Shown one piece after another: positions 23,830 through 38,491 of a DNA stretch of 64,000 nt; the stretch's first letter is position 1, and every line of letters begins with the position of its first letter. Under the pieces are notes generated by a model. It had not been told where the DNA came from. It saw only the letters and a program-made list of their open reading frames with translations, and ran no database searches. The stretch covers positions 1,344,001-1,408,000 of the forward strand of contig JBFWVL010000001.1 in assembly GCA_050246755.1 (NCBI GenBank). The letters run 5' to 3'. Source of the stretch: Bacteriovoracia bacterium (lineage in GTDB: Bacteria; Bdellovibrionota; UBA1018; CAIPTA01). Position numbers and translations under genes: made by a program.

Positions 23830-24315
23830 GTGGACCACATTTTTCGCGAAGTGTTTCCTTATTTGGTAAATTTCACGATCACTATTATTTTGCTGGTATT
23901 CATGACCCGCAAGTCGCTCCGCCGCTATGTTTACCAGCGCCATGAACGCATGAAGGATGCCGTGGAGAGTGCGGCGATTGCTCACCAAAAGGCGCTCGCC
24001 CGTATTGAGGCGGCGAAAAAGTCTGTGGCCGCCGCAGATTCTGAAGAACAAAAAATGTCTTCCTCTGAGCGTGGTCAGGCCGAGCAAGAAAAAGCTGAAA
24101 TTTTGCTGAAGTCGAAAGCCGAGGCCGCCCGCTTACTGAGTGACGCGGATCGTTTGGCTGCCTCTGAGCGCGAAGATGCCTTTGAAAAAGTGAAAGAGCA
24201 GTTTTTGGATGCCGTGGTCCAGGGCGCCGAGCAAAAGCTCAAGCAGAATCTGAAGAAAGATGATCATAGCGCCATCATTAAGCGCGCACAAAACAGCATC
24301 GAGGTAGGCGCCTAA
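23830..24315 (+). CDS. atpF: ATP synthase Fo subunit b
   Basis: LVNFTI TM plus coiled coil; precedes atpH. Confidence 0.85.
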   Translation: MDHIFREVFPYLVNFTITIILLVFMTRKSLRRYVYQRHERMKDAVESAAIAHQKALARIEAAKKSVAAADSEEQKMSSSERGQAEQEKAEILLKSKAEAARLLSDADRLAASEREDAFEKVKEQFLDAVVQGAEQKLKQNLKKDDHSAIIKRAQNSIEVGA

Positions 24316-24845
24316 TGGCAACCGTGGCTTCTGTTTACGCTAGAGCGGTTTTTGAGCTTGCTAAAGAAAAGGGCCAGCTAGATTCCGTGTTTAAGGAATT
24401 GAAATCTTTTTGGGACGTTTGCCATGCAAGCCAGCCCTTGAAGGCCGTTGTTGCCGGAGCGGGCATCAACCCCAACGACCGCAAGGCAATTTTAAAAGAC
24501 GTATGCAAGGCGCTGGAGTTGAGCCCGATTCCCACCCGCCTTCTCGAGATGCTCGCCGCGCGCGGCCGCGTTTCGGTGGTGCCGGAGTTATTGAAAGACC
24601 TCGAGAAAATGATTGAGGCGGGCGAAGGAATTCAGTCGGGCGAGGTTCGGTCGGCTGTGGCGCTTTCTCCCGAAGAAGTGGAGTTTCTTGGCGCGGCTAT
24701 CGCGAAAAGAGTGGGCGGAAAGGTTCGCCTCAACCAAGTGGTTGACCCTTCTCTTCTCGGTGGCGTAGTGGCCACCGTGGCCGGAAAAACTTTCGACGCC
24801 AGCTTACGCACCCAGATTGAACGCTTTAAGAACGAATTAGTTTAA
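24315..24845 (+). CDS. atpH: ATP synthase F1 delta subunit
   Basis: VASVYARAVF, VDPSLLGG, FDASL. Confidence 0.93.
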   Translation: MATVASVYARAVFELAKEKGQLDSVFKELKSFWDVCHASQPLKAVVAGAGINPNDRKAILKDVCKALELSPIPTRLLEMLAARGRVSVVPELLKDLEKMIEAGEGIQSGEVRSAVALSPEEVEFLGAAIAKRVGGKVRLNQVVDPSLLGGVVATVAGKTFDASLRTQIERFKNELV

Positions 24846-24860
24846 GTTTAGGAGACACGA

Positions 24861-26372
24861 ATGTTGAAACTTCGCGCAGAAGAAATTACCTCGATCATCA
24901 AGAAGCAATTGGCTGATTTTGAATCCAAGCTCGACGTGGCTGAAACCGGAACCGTGCTCACCATCGGTGACGGTATCGCTAAACTTCACGGTCTCGACAA
25001 TGCCCAGGCAGGAGAGCTCGTAGATTTCGGCGAAGGCGTGATGGGCCTCGTAATGAACCTCGAAGAGGGTTCTGTTGGTTGCGCCATTCTCGGCGACGAT
25101 ACGATTATTAAGGAAGGCCGTACCGTAAAGCGCACCGGAAAAATCTTCGAAGTTCCCGTGGGCGAGGCTCTCCTCGGCCGTGTGGTAAACGCGCTCGGTA
25201 TCCCGGTAGATGGTGCGGGGCCGATTAAATCGCAGCACTCTCGCCGCGTGGAAATTAAAGCGCCGGGTATCGTGGGCCGTAAATCGGTACACGAGCCCCT
25301 GGCCACTGGAATTAAAGCAATCGACGCGATGATCCCAATCGGCCGGGGCCAGCGCGAATTGATCATCGGGGATCGTCAGACCGGTAAGACCGCCATCGCG
25401 ATCGACACCATCATCAATCAAAAGGGCAAGAATGTGCAGTGCTTCTACGTGGCCATCGGCCAGAAGCAATCCACGATCGCGCAAGTGGTAGAAAAGTTGA
25501 AAAAGGCCGGCGCGATGGAGTTCACCACCGTAATCGCTGCTACTGCCGCCGACCAGGCGCCGATTCAGTTCATTGCGCCGTATGCCGGCGTAACGATGGC
25601 GGAATATTTCCGCGACAGCGGCCGCCATGCCCTCATCGTGTACGACGATTTGACCAAGCAAGCGCAGGCTTACCGCCAGCTTTCTTTGCTCCTTCGTCGA
25701 CCCCCGGGCCGCGAAGCTTACCCTGGTGACGTATTCTACCTCCACAGCCGCTTGCTTGAGCGTGCAGCAAAGCTTTCCGATAAGCTTGGCGGCGGTTCTT
25801 TGACTGCGTTGCCCATCATCGAAACTCAGGCTGGCGACGTATCTGCGTATATTCCGACCAACGTAATTTCCATTACCGACGGACAGATCTTCCTTGAGAG
25901 TGACTTGTTCTACTCGGGACAGCGTCCGGCTGTGAACGTAGGTATCTCGGTGTCCCGCGTGGGCGGTTCTGCCCAAACGAAAGCGATGAAGAGCGTGGCC
26001 GGTACGCTCCGTCTCGACCTTGCGCAATACCGCGAGAAGGCGGCGTTTGCGCAGTTTGGATCCGATCTCGATCCGGCCACCCAGAAGCAGTTGGCTCGTG
26101 GGTCCCGTCTAATGGAGCTCTTGAAGCAGGGCCAGTACTCTCCCATGAACATGGAAGACCAAGTATTCGGTATTTATGCAGCCAACCAGGGTTATCTCGA
26201 TAAAATTCCCCTGAATAAAATTCGTGAATGGGAAACCAGTTTCCACCGCTACCTCCAGCAGAACCATAAAGATGTGGTTTCGGAAGTAAGCAGCAGCGGA
26301 AAGCTTGAGGGCGCCGCTAAAACGAAGCTCGACCAAGCGATCCAAGATCATATTAAAACCTTTACCATTTAA
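24861..26372 (+). CDS. atpA: ATP synthase F1 alpha subunit
   Basis: [30 protein letters not shown]. Confidence 0.99.
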   Translation: MLKLRAEEITSIIKKQLADFESKLDVAETGTVLTIGDGIAKLHGLDNAQAGELVDFGEGVMGLVMNLEEGSVGCAILGDDTIIKEGRTVKRTGKIFEVPVGEALLGRVVNALGIPVDGAGPIKSQHSRRVEIKAPGIVGRKSVHEPLATGIKAIDAMIPIGRGQRELIIGDRQTGKTAIAIDTIINQKGKNVQCFYVAIGQKQSTIAQVVEKLKKAGAMEFTTVIAATAADQAPIQFIAPYAGVTMAEYFRDSGRHALIVYDDLTKQAQAYRQLSLLLRRPPGREAYPGDVFYLHSRLLERAAKLSDKLGGGSLTALPIIETQAGDVSAYIPTNVISITDGQIFLESDLFYSGQRPAVNVGISVSRVGGSAQTKAMKSVAGTLRLDLAQYREKAAFAQFGSDLDPATQKQLARGSRLMELLKQGQYSPMNMEDQVFGIYAANQGYLDKIPLNKIREWETSFHRYLQQNHKDVVSEVSSSGKLEGAAKTKLDQAIQDHIKTFTI

Positions 26373-26382
26373 GGAATAACGG

Positions 26383-27261
26383 ATGGCATCCGGCAAAGAC
26401 CTAAAGCGTCGCATTGTTAGCACGAAAAGCACGCAGCAGATTACGAAGGCCATGAAAATGGTGGCCGCTGCTCGCCTGCGTCGCGCGCAGGAAGCGATTG
26501 TGCGGGCTCGCCCCTTCGCGGGCGCGATCTTGCAAACGGTGCAGAATCTCGTGCGGATCGAAGAGATCCGCGACCACCATCCTTTGCTCGCTAAGCGCGA
26601 GATCAAGAAGGTAAACGTGATTTTGATCACGGGCGATCGGGGTCTTTCGGGTGGGTATAACTCCAATCTGAACAAAAAAGCGGAGGCCATGTACCGCGCA
26701 GAAGCGGGAAAATACGAAAAGTTCGTATTCACCTGCATCGGAAAAAAAGGTTACGAGTATCTTCGGTTGAGAAAAATTCCAGTGGCTCACCACTACGCGG
26801 ATTTCCTCAAGGGCACGAATTACGCAAAATCTCAGATCGTGGCGGAAGAGCTTCTGAATCAGTATCTTTCCGGCGAATTTGACGAGATTCGCATTATCTT
26901 TTCAGAATTTCGCTCCGCTCTTTCCCAGATTCCGCAAGCCGTTACGGTATTGCCAATCCAGGTTAGCGAAGAGGTTCCCACCGAAAAAGGCCCCACCGCC
27001 GATGTGGATTTCATCTACGAGCCGAACCGCGAAGATATTCTCAATGCCCTTTTGCCTCGTTATTTCAAGGCGAAGCTTTTTAATGCTGTTCTCGAAGCCA
27101 TCGCCAGCCAGTATGGCGCGCAAATGAGCGCCATGGAATCCGCCACAAAGAACGCGGGCGAAATGATTCGCAAATTGAATTTGGAATACAACAAGGTTCG
27201 TCAGGCCGGGATCACGAAGGAGCTTCTCGAGATCGTATCCGGAGCCGAGTCACTTAAATAA
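26383..27261 (+). CDS. atpG: ATP synthase F1 gamma subunit
   Basis: QITKAMKMVAAA, RQAGITKELLEIVSGA. Confidence 0.98.
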   Translation: MASGKDLKRRIVSTKSTQQITKAMKMVAAARLRRAQEAIVRARPFAGAILQTVQNLVRIEEIRDHHPLLAKREIKKVNVILITGDRGLSGGYNSNLNKKAEAMYRAEAGKYEKFVFTCIGKKGYEYLRLRKIPVAHHYADFLKGTNYAKSQIVAEELLNQYLSGEFDEIRIIFSEFRSALSQIPQAVTVLPIQVSEEVPTEKGPTADVDFIYEPNREDILNALLPRYFKAKLFNAVLEAIASQYGAQMSAMESATKNAGEMIRKLNLEYNKVRQAGITKELLEIVSGAESLK

Positions 27262-27279
27262 TTTTTTAGACTTAATTAG

Positions 27280-28716
<1,437 letters not shown>

Positions 28717-28719
28717 CCT

Positions 28720-29136
28720 ATGACCAGCGAGCTAATCCTCAGCGTTGTTACTCCGGAACGATCAATCGTAAAAGATTTGGCCGTTACGAGCGTTATTCTG
28801 CCGGGTGAGCTCGGGCAGATGAACGTTCTTCCTGGACATACCAACCTGGTTACCACCTTGAAGCATGGAACCTTCGGTTACCGTGTGGGAAATGAATGGC
28901 AAGTTGCTTTTTTGAGCGCCGGTTTTGCCCAAGTTTACGGTGGAAAGATTACTGTTTTGGCGGAAACCGTAGAAATGGCGCAAGAGCTAGACGTAGCTCG
29001 TGCAGAATCCGAGCTCGGACAAGCCAACTCTCAGCTAAAAATCCAAAAGGTGGGTAGCCCTGAGTACGCTGCCGCTACGGAACAAAAGGCAATGGCCGAA
29101 GCGAAGCTGCGGGCTGCGCAAAATAAAATTCATTAG
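28720..29136 (+). CDS. atpC: ATP synthase F1 epsilon subunit
   Basis: VVTPE, GQMNVLPGH, ITVLAE. Confidence 0.95.
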   Translation: MTSELILSVVTPERSIVKDLAVTSVILPGELGQMNVLPGHTNLVTTLKHGTFGYRVGNEWQVAFLSAGFAQVYGGKITVLAETVEMAQELDVARAESELGQANSQLKIQKVGSPEYAAATEQKAMAEAKLRAAQNKIH

Positions 29137-29186
29137 TTGTTTCAATGAAATTCCGCGATTTAGCGGTTTTCGTGTGAGTTTCGACA

Positions 29187-29218
29187 AAATGGCAAAGACT
29201 AATCAGTCTTTGCCATTT
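29187..29218. terminator. Perfect 14-bp inverted repeat after the atp operon (probable terminator)
   Basis: AAATGGCAAAGACT-AATC-AGTCTTTGCCATTT. Confidence 0.65.
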
Positions 29219-29268
29219 CTATTTCTATAGATAAGATTAATGCCTAGGGATTAACGCCGTTTCATTCC

Positions 29269-31476
29269 ATGGAAGGGAATATGTCGAACGAAATGACATT
29301 TCGGCAAAAGACTGTTCGCGTTGTTGCAAGCGCTGCCATTTGCGGGCTTTCCATTTCTTTTTTGGTAGGCGAAGCCGTAGACCAACAAGCCAAACTTTTG
29401 CAGCAGTGGACGATCGACCCCGCAATTTTTCCCGTTGAATATCTTCCTGCTCGCCCACTCGCTAAAACTTGGCAGCAACTAGATTCGCCGGTTTTAAAGA
29501 CGCAGTTCATGGCGCTGAATTCGCGCGTACCGGAAGCGCAAATCGATCCGCGCACTATCCGCAAGGAGTTTGAAGCGTTCGACGTATATAAGGTGACGCG
29601 CGCAGCTCCGATTCCCGTAGTGCCGAAGTTCGCCGTCGTAGCGGAAGAGAAAAAAGCGGCGGCAGCGACTATGCCGCAAGCCTCTGCTGTACCCGCGGAA
29701 AAAGAGCTTAATGTGGGCGAAGTGGGCGGCATTTTACTCTCGATTCACCAGGCCACGGCCAAACTTTCGAGCGCGGGTGTTCAATCTCCCTCGGCGGCGG
29801 TAAAAACGATTGCTACCGCCCCAAAAATTTCTTCTTCTCCTACTTATCTCCCGCCCGAGAAGCAGAGTGCGCCGCTACTCGCGGCTTCGACCGATATCGT
29901 AGTGGAAGCGGACCGGCAGCCGGGGGCCACCTGGCCCCTGCGCGGTAAAATTCTGAACAGCGGAATCTTGAAGGAGCCTGGGCATTTTGAAATCGGTCTT
30001 TATTCTAAGATTGATTCGGAAGGCATACCTTTAGGATTTCCAATGGTTCAGCAAATCTTACCCGCCGGACGGCTTGAATTTCAGCTCCAGGTTCCCGCGA
30101 AAATTCCGACCGGATTTCTATTCGGCGCATTCGTGCCCGCGAAGGGCAAAAAACGAATATGGATTGGCCCTTCCATTAATCCATGGATGAAAAGCGATCG
30201 TCAGTTCGCGGAGTTAATGATTCAGGAAGAAGACACGATTACCACTGCGGCCGCGGCTCCGGTACAGCCTTCACTCTCGGCTACTTCCGCGGAAGATAAG
30301 TGGTCGATACGAGGAAATGTGGGCACGCTTTTTACCAAAGCCGGCACGAGAATAAACCAGGCTGATGTAGTGGTAAAGGTGCGGGGACGTCGAGAAGCCA
30401 CCAGGACAGATACAGGCGGCAATTTTATTTTAGATTTGCCTCGCGGCAACGGCACTGTTTACCTCGAATTGCTGAAGCCCGGTTATCATCCCGCCATCGT
30501 AGCGGTAGCGGCCGGTGATACGAAGACCGTGAGCGTGCTGCTCGCTAGCCGTGAAGCGGTGGATCGCTTGGCTAGTATGATGGGATCCAGGCAACTCAGC
30601 GCGAAGGGTGTTTTCATTGGCAAGGCCGTTACCGCGGAAGGCAAAGGTCTACGCGGATTTACGGCCCAGATGAGTTTGCGTGCGGAAGGCCCCTTCTATT
30701 TTACCGAAGGCGGTTTTCCCACCTCGGAGAAAAAACAAACCACCGGCGATGGCCGTTTTATTTTCTTCAACGTCGAGCCAGGCACCGGCTATATGGAATC
30801 GGCGCTGAATGGGGAAGCGGTGGTACCTTTTCAAATTTCATCTGTGGAGGGAGGGGAGCTCACCCAGAAGACTCTGCTTCCCGTAAGCGGGGGGATCAAA
30901 GGGCGCCTCTTCAATCCTGTTTCGGGAGCTCCCACCCTTCAGCCAGTAGCGGGAGCGAAAATTCGGCTGGAAGGAAGCGCGGACTGGTCCACCACGGATT
31001 CCTTTGGGGCTTTTTCAATCGGCCCAACGAAGTGGATCAAAGGAGAGAAGGCCGCCCTAGAGTTCTCGGCAGAGAAATTTAATAACCACCGTTACGCGAT
31101 CGACTTTGAAAATCATAAAGAAACGCTGAACCTCTATGCGTTTCCGGCCAACTATATTCGCCGCCTGGCGCGCTCCATGGATGTGGATTTGGATCCTTAT
31201 ACCGGTATCGTCTTTGGCAAAGCTTCCGGCCCGGCAATCAGAATGGATGCCCTGGCGGATCATTCTACGGTGAATGGCGCGAAAGATTTCTATTTTGATG
31301 GGCGCGGTCGCCTGCGTGGATCCCATACCATGACCGACCCGAAATATGGGACGTTCGTTATTTTCAATGTACCCAAAGGACGCTCGCTCCTGCAGGGAAG
31401 CGACGGAAACGGAAAGCTTCGCTATTCCGATTCCGTGGTCGCAAGTCCGTCTTCCGTAACCGTAGTAATGGACTAA
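29269..31476 (+). CDS. Membrane-anchored hypothetical protein with repeated carboxypeptidase-regulatory-like beta-sandwich domains
   Basis: N-terminal hydrophobic segment, Ala/Pro linker, repeats such as TDTGGNFIL, TTGDGRFIFFNVEPG, TTDSFGAFSI, GTFVIFNVPKG. Confidence 0.7.
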   Translation: MEGNMSNEMTFRQKTVRVVASAAICGLSISFLVGEAVDQQAKLLQQWTIDPAIFPVEYLPARPLAKTWQQLDSPVLKTQFMALNSRVPEAQIDPRTIRKEFEAFDVYKVTRAAPIPVVPKFAVVAEEKKAAAATMPQASAVPAEKELNVGEVGGILLSIHQATAKLSSAGVQSPSAAVKTIATAPKISSSPTYLPPEKQSAPLLAASTDIVVEADRQPGATWPLRGKILNSGILKEPGHFEIGLYSKIDSEGIPLGFPMVQQILPAGRLEFQLQVPAKIPTGFLFGAFVPAKGKKRIWIGPSINPWMKSDRQFAELMIQEEDTITTAAAAPVQPSLSATSAEDKWSIRGNVGTLFTKAGTRINQADVVVKVRGRREATRTDTGGNFILDLPRGNGTVYLELLKPGYHPAIVAVAAGDTKTVSVLLASREAVDRLASMMGSRQLSAKGVFIGKAVTAEGKGLRGFTAQMSLRAEGPFYFTEGGFPTSEKKQTTGDGRFIFFNVEPGTGYMESALNGEAVVPFQISSVEGGELTQKTLLPVSGGIKGRLFNPVSGAPTLQPVAGAKIRLEGSADWSTTDSFGAFSIGPTKWIKGEKAALEFSAEKFNNHRYAIDFENHKETLNLYAFPANYIRRLARSMDVDLDPYTGIVFGKASGPAIRMDALADHSTVNGAKDFYFDGRGRLRGSHTMTDPKYGTFVIFNVPKGRSLLQGSDGNGKLRYSDSVVASPSSVTVVMD

Positions 31477-32675
31477 GTTTGAAATTCGTAACGGCGTAGG
31501 GTTTCGATCGCTGACATGAAGCCGATCCTTACGATCTTTTCCATGAACTTCGCCGAGAAATTAAAGTGATCGCCGAAAAACATCTCGTGATCTTGAGGGC
31601 GGGGATTGATGTAAATGTAAACGTTGTCGGGGCGTAAATTTAACTCTGCCTCCATGATGGCGCCAATTTTTTTGCGGTGCTTTTCGTCTAATTGCACGCT
31701 TTTACAGTATTCATTTACCGCATCGAGCGCGGCAAGTTTCTGGTGGCGCGCGTAGATGGCCGACTGAATTTTACGTTCGATTAAGAGGTAAATGGCCTGA
31801 ATGCCGATCGCGGTGATGCCAAATTTCGTTAGCGAGCCTACCTCGCGGGAAAAATGATAGGGCTGATGGGTATAGCTAGAAATTATGAGGTCTGCGCCCA
31901 GTTGCTCCGCGCCGTTTACCGAAAGCGTTTCGCGAATTTCACCGTCGAAAAAATAAACTAGTTTTCCGCTTTGGCTTTTAATTCCGTAGGGAGTGAAGAT
32001 GGGCGGAAGAGCCACGGAGGCAGCCACGGCGTCGGAAATCGCCACCTTTGTCTCGTAAACGCAACGAGGATCGTCCGGCGGAGATTCGAGGGGGTGCTTG
32101 GAAAAAATCACCCGCTTTGAATGATTGAGCTGGGTTGCCACCACGCAGAGATCGGCCGAGTAATCCTGAAAGCGATTCGAGGGTAAAACATCTTCGCGGA
32201 AGTAGGATTCAATACCCGCAGTAGTAAAGAGGCCGGAAAGCGACAGGAGTTTCTGGCGCCGATACAGTAAATCGATGGCGCTATTAGTATAAGAACGCAG
32301 CTTTTTCGTGAGACTCGCTTTCGAGATCTCCTCGTGCTGCGAGGCCTTAACGCTCATTAGCGTTCCATAGGTAAGCGGCTTAAGCGGACTTTCTTTCGAC
32401 TTGCCTAAATAGGCATCAAAGATCTGATCCACCGTGTAGCCGGCGGCAAGGTAGGTTGCGATCACACTGCCGGCACTAGAGCCGACATAAGCGTCAATGT
32501 CTTTGGCGCCGCGCGTCGGCGGTTGTCCGCGCCCCTTTAGGCCGCCTTGAAATCGAAACCCTTTTTCTTGTAGAGCGAGGCCCACTCCCATGTGAAATGC
32601 CGCAGCTTTCGTGGCCCCTCCAGAGCATACGAAGGCGATTTTTTTGCGCCGTGAGACCGGAGTCTTGGTATCCAT
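31473..32675 (-). CDS. Patatin-like phospholipase
   Basis: SGGATK oxyanion loop, GSSAG nucleophile elbow, ASVALP, FDGE catalytic Asp. Confidence 0.88.
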   Translation of the reverse strand: MDTKTPVSRRKKIAFVCSGGATKAAAFHMGVGLALQEKGFRFQGGLKGRGQPPTRGAKDIDAYVGSSAGSVIATYLAAGYTVDQIFDAYLGKSKESPLKPLTYGTLMSVKASQHEEISKASLTKKLRSYTNSAIDLLYRRQKLLSLSGLFTTAGIESYFREDVLPSNRFQDYSADLCVVATQLNHSKRVIFSKHPLESPPDDPRCVYETKVAISDAVAASVALPPIFTPYGIKSQSGKLVYFFDGEIRETLSVNGAEQLGADLIISSYTHQPYHFSREVGSLTKFGITAIGIQAIYLLIERKIQSAIYARHQKLAALDAVNEYCKSVQLDEKHRKKIGAIMEAELNLRPDNVYIYINPRPQDHEMFFGDHFNFSAKFMEKIVRIGFMSAIETLRRYEFQT

Positions 32676-32809
32676 CGAATGAGTATCATTGAGTGACAAT
32701 ATTCCTGTCAATCCAATTGGGTTTTTTCAAGAAGCAAAAGCTTGAATTTCCAGGGAAAGTCATGAATACTCAGAGGTGAACAAAGAATTCAAGGACGAAA
32801 GGAGAAGCA

Positions 32810-33236
32810 ATGGAAACGCAAAACCATCAATGGCTTCCACTTACTGAGTATGCACTTCGCAGCGGCATGAGTATTTCAACTCTTCGCCGGAAGATCAAAT
32901 CTAACTCCATTCATTACAAAATGGAGGATGGACGCTACCTTATCCAGTCCGACAAGTTTTCTGACCATCCAAGTGGAGGGGCTAGTAGCGCACGATCCTT
33001 TTCTTCTTCGGACGAAAGACCCATGGCTACTCCGATTGAGTTGGTGCGTGAACGCACGGCGTCCTTGGTTCGCGAGAGCAGTGAAGAAGCCAGCAAGCTA
33101 GCCGAGGAGCTGCGTCAATATAAGAGCGAAGATTCCCTGCGTTGGCGCGCGCTCGAGGCGAGAGTTTCCGGTCTCGCCAAGAAATTAGAACTATTCACTG
33201 AGCAGATGTCCGAAGTGAAAATGCTCGTAAAGATTT

Positions 33237-33265
<29 letters not shown>
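32810..33265 (+). CDS. Putative DNA-binding protein (N-terminal MerR/Xis-like HTH, C-terminal coiled coil)
   Basis: WLPLTEYALRSGMSISTLRRKIK; AAGGAG SD. Confidence 0.65.
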
Positions 33266-36889
<3,624 letters not shown>

Positions 36890-37000
36890 CTAATAAATAA
36901 TTGTTTGGCACAGCGTAATACTTAAGTTTATCCTTAACTCTGACGAAAATTTTTCATGCTCAGGAATTTGAGCACTCGATCCCCCGCCGGGAGGCAATGA

Positions 37001-38119
37001 ATGTCAGGGAAAAATATTTCGCGAATTCACCGTCTGCAAGCGCTTGCGCTTGCTTGCTTGCTTGGGACTTTATCTTCCTGCTCCAGCAACGAAGTGAATA
37101 GCGATGCACCTTCACTTCCAGTTTCGGAAGCTTCGCTGCTGAGTGATTCGGAAAAAGCCGATTCGCAATCGCAAACTGATTCCACCATTTTTGCTGATCT
37201 CGAACCAGGAAAAGATAAGCAAAACTCTAGCGACGAAAATTCCGCGGCGGCCGATCCTTCGGCGGGCCCATTTTACAATGCTATCGGAGGCGAGAGCCTG
37301 GGCCGTGTGGCCTATACGCTCTACGGTGATCGCTCTTTTCGTAAACAGCTTCTCGAAAAAAATTCCGGTCTCCCCAAGAAACTATTTTCGGGCCAGCTCG
37401 TCTATTTTGATTTCGCTGACGTGAAGCCTCAGCCCACTTTTCTCACCAAAGATTTGCTGGACCGTTATCCGAATGAATTGTCGGAGAAGCTGAAGACGGT
37501 TAGCGCAAACGGAACATTGACCCAAGGATCCGTAACTTTGCAGCCCGGGGAAACGCTCCAGAAACTTTCCGAGCGCTTGTACGGCACTACCCGCTACTGG
37601 ACGGAGCTCTATCTTCTGAATCACGATAAGATCAAGCACTACGATAAAGTGCCTGCTGGCCTAACCCTCGCCACGTATGACCATGGTAGTTCTCCGGTGG
37701 TTAATGCGGCTCCGGCCCCTGCTCCAGAAGCGCAAGGAGCAGAAAGTGTCCCTGCAAAAGAAGCGATGAGTAGCCAAATGGCCCCCGTGGCTCAACCCAC
37801 GATGGACCCCATTCCCGAGACGCCTGAGGCGGAGGTAGCGGCTCCGGCCCCTGCTCCGATCACGCAAAGCGCGGCGGTGAATAGCTTAACGGCACCAGCA
37901 TCTACTTCGATTTTAGACGTTATTGGAGATGGTAGTAATGCGAATGTCCGTCGCATCATCTACGTACTGCTAATCGTAGGAATTGGGGGCCTGGCCTTCT
38001 ATTTTACGCGTCCGAGCCGTAAGCAAAAGATCGATATGCTGGATGTGACGGCTGGAAGCACGGCCCCATCTCCTCGTTCGAAGCTGGGTAAAGAGAACAA
38101 TCGCAAAAGCATTGGGTAG
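37001..38119 (+). CDS. LysM-like lipoprotein with C-terminal TM helix
   Basis: Lipobox LSSC; GESLGRVAYTLYG and GETLQKLSERLYG LysM-like units; IIYVLLIVGIGGLAFYF TM. Confidence 0.72.
   Translation: MSGKNISRIHRLQALALACLLGTLSSCSSNEVNSDAPSLPVSEASLLSDSEKADSQSQTDSTIFADLEPGKDKQNSSDENSAAADPSAGPFYNAIGGESLGRVAYTLYGDRSFRKQLLEKNSGLPKKLFSGQLVYFDFADVKPQPTFLTKDLLDRYPNELSEKLKTVSANGTLTQGSVTLQPGETLQKLSERLYGTTRYWTELYLLNHDKIKHYDKVPAGLTLATYDHGSSPVVNAAPAPAPEAQGAESVPAKEAMSSQMAPVAQPTMDPIPETPEAEVAAPAPAPITQSAAVNSLTAPASTSILDVIGDGSNANVRRIIYVLLIVGIGGLAFYFTRPSRKQKIDMLDVTAGSTAPSPRSKLGKENNRKSIG
37706..37857 (+). repeat. 20-bp exact direct repeat encoding AAPAPAP linker units
   Basis: GCGGCTCCGGCCCCTGCTCC at 37706-37725 and 37838-37857. 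Confidence 0.85.
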
Positions 38120-38155
38120 TCATCTCCACGCGCCTGACTAGTCAGGGCCTCGTAT

Positions 38156-38464
38156 TTACTTTCGCTTTTTTGGCAAAACCACCGTGCCGGCCTCGATGGC
38201 CCGCAAAGTCTTATCCCACTTGCCCGAAAGTAGCTGAAATTTGGCCGTTAGCGCATTGGCCTGAAATCGATCCCCTGAATTGCTCGCCGATGGGACCTGG
38301 GCCTTAATTTTTGCCATTAATTGCTCGAGAGAGCGGCGCTCATTTATTGGGGGTTCCTCTTCCCCGCCTCCAAAGTAAACATTATAAAGTCTTTGAAGAT
38401 GATCGAGATCCCGCGAGGCTTTTTCTATATCTTTCTTGAACGGACTTTCTAAACCCATCCCCAT
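38156..38464 (-). CDS. Small helical hypothetical protein (resembles MXAN_5187-family domain; start may be 38458)
   Basis: LQRLYNVYFGG..EPP..RFQANAL..W.K.LRAIEAG pattern recalled from myxobacterial proteins. Confidence 0.55.
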   Translation of the reverse strand: MGMGLESPFKKDIEKASRDLDHLQRLYNVYFGGGEEEPPINERRSLEQLMAKIKAQVPSASNSGDRFQANALTAKFQLLSGKWDKTLRAIEAGTVVLPKKRK

Positions 38465-38491
38465 ATCTTAGGGAATGTAGGAGAAACGGCA

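Noticed and set aside
36905-36921. TTGGCAC upstream of the LysM gene as a sigma54 promoter
   Set aside because: No TTGC -12 element at the required spacing
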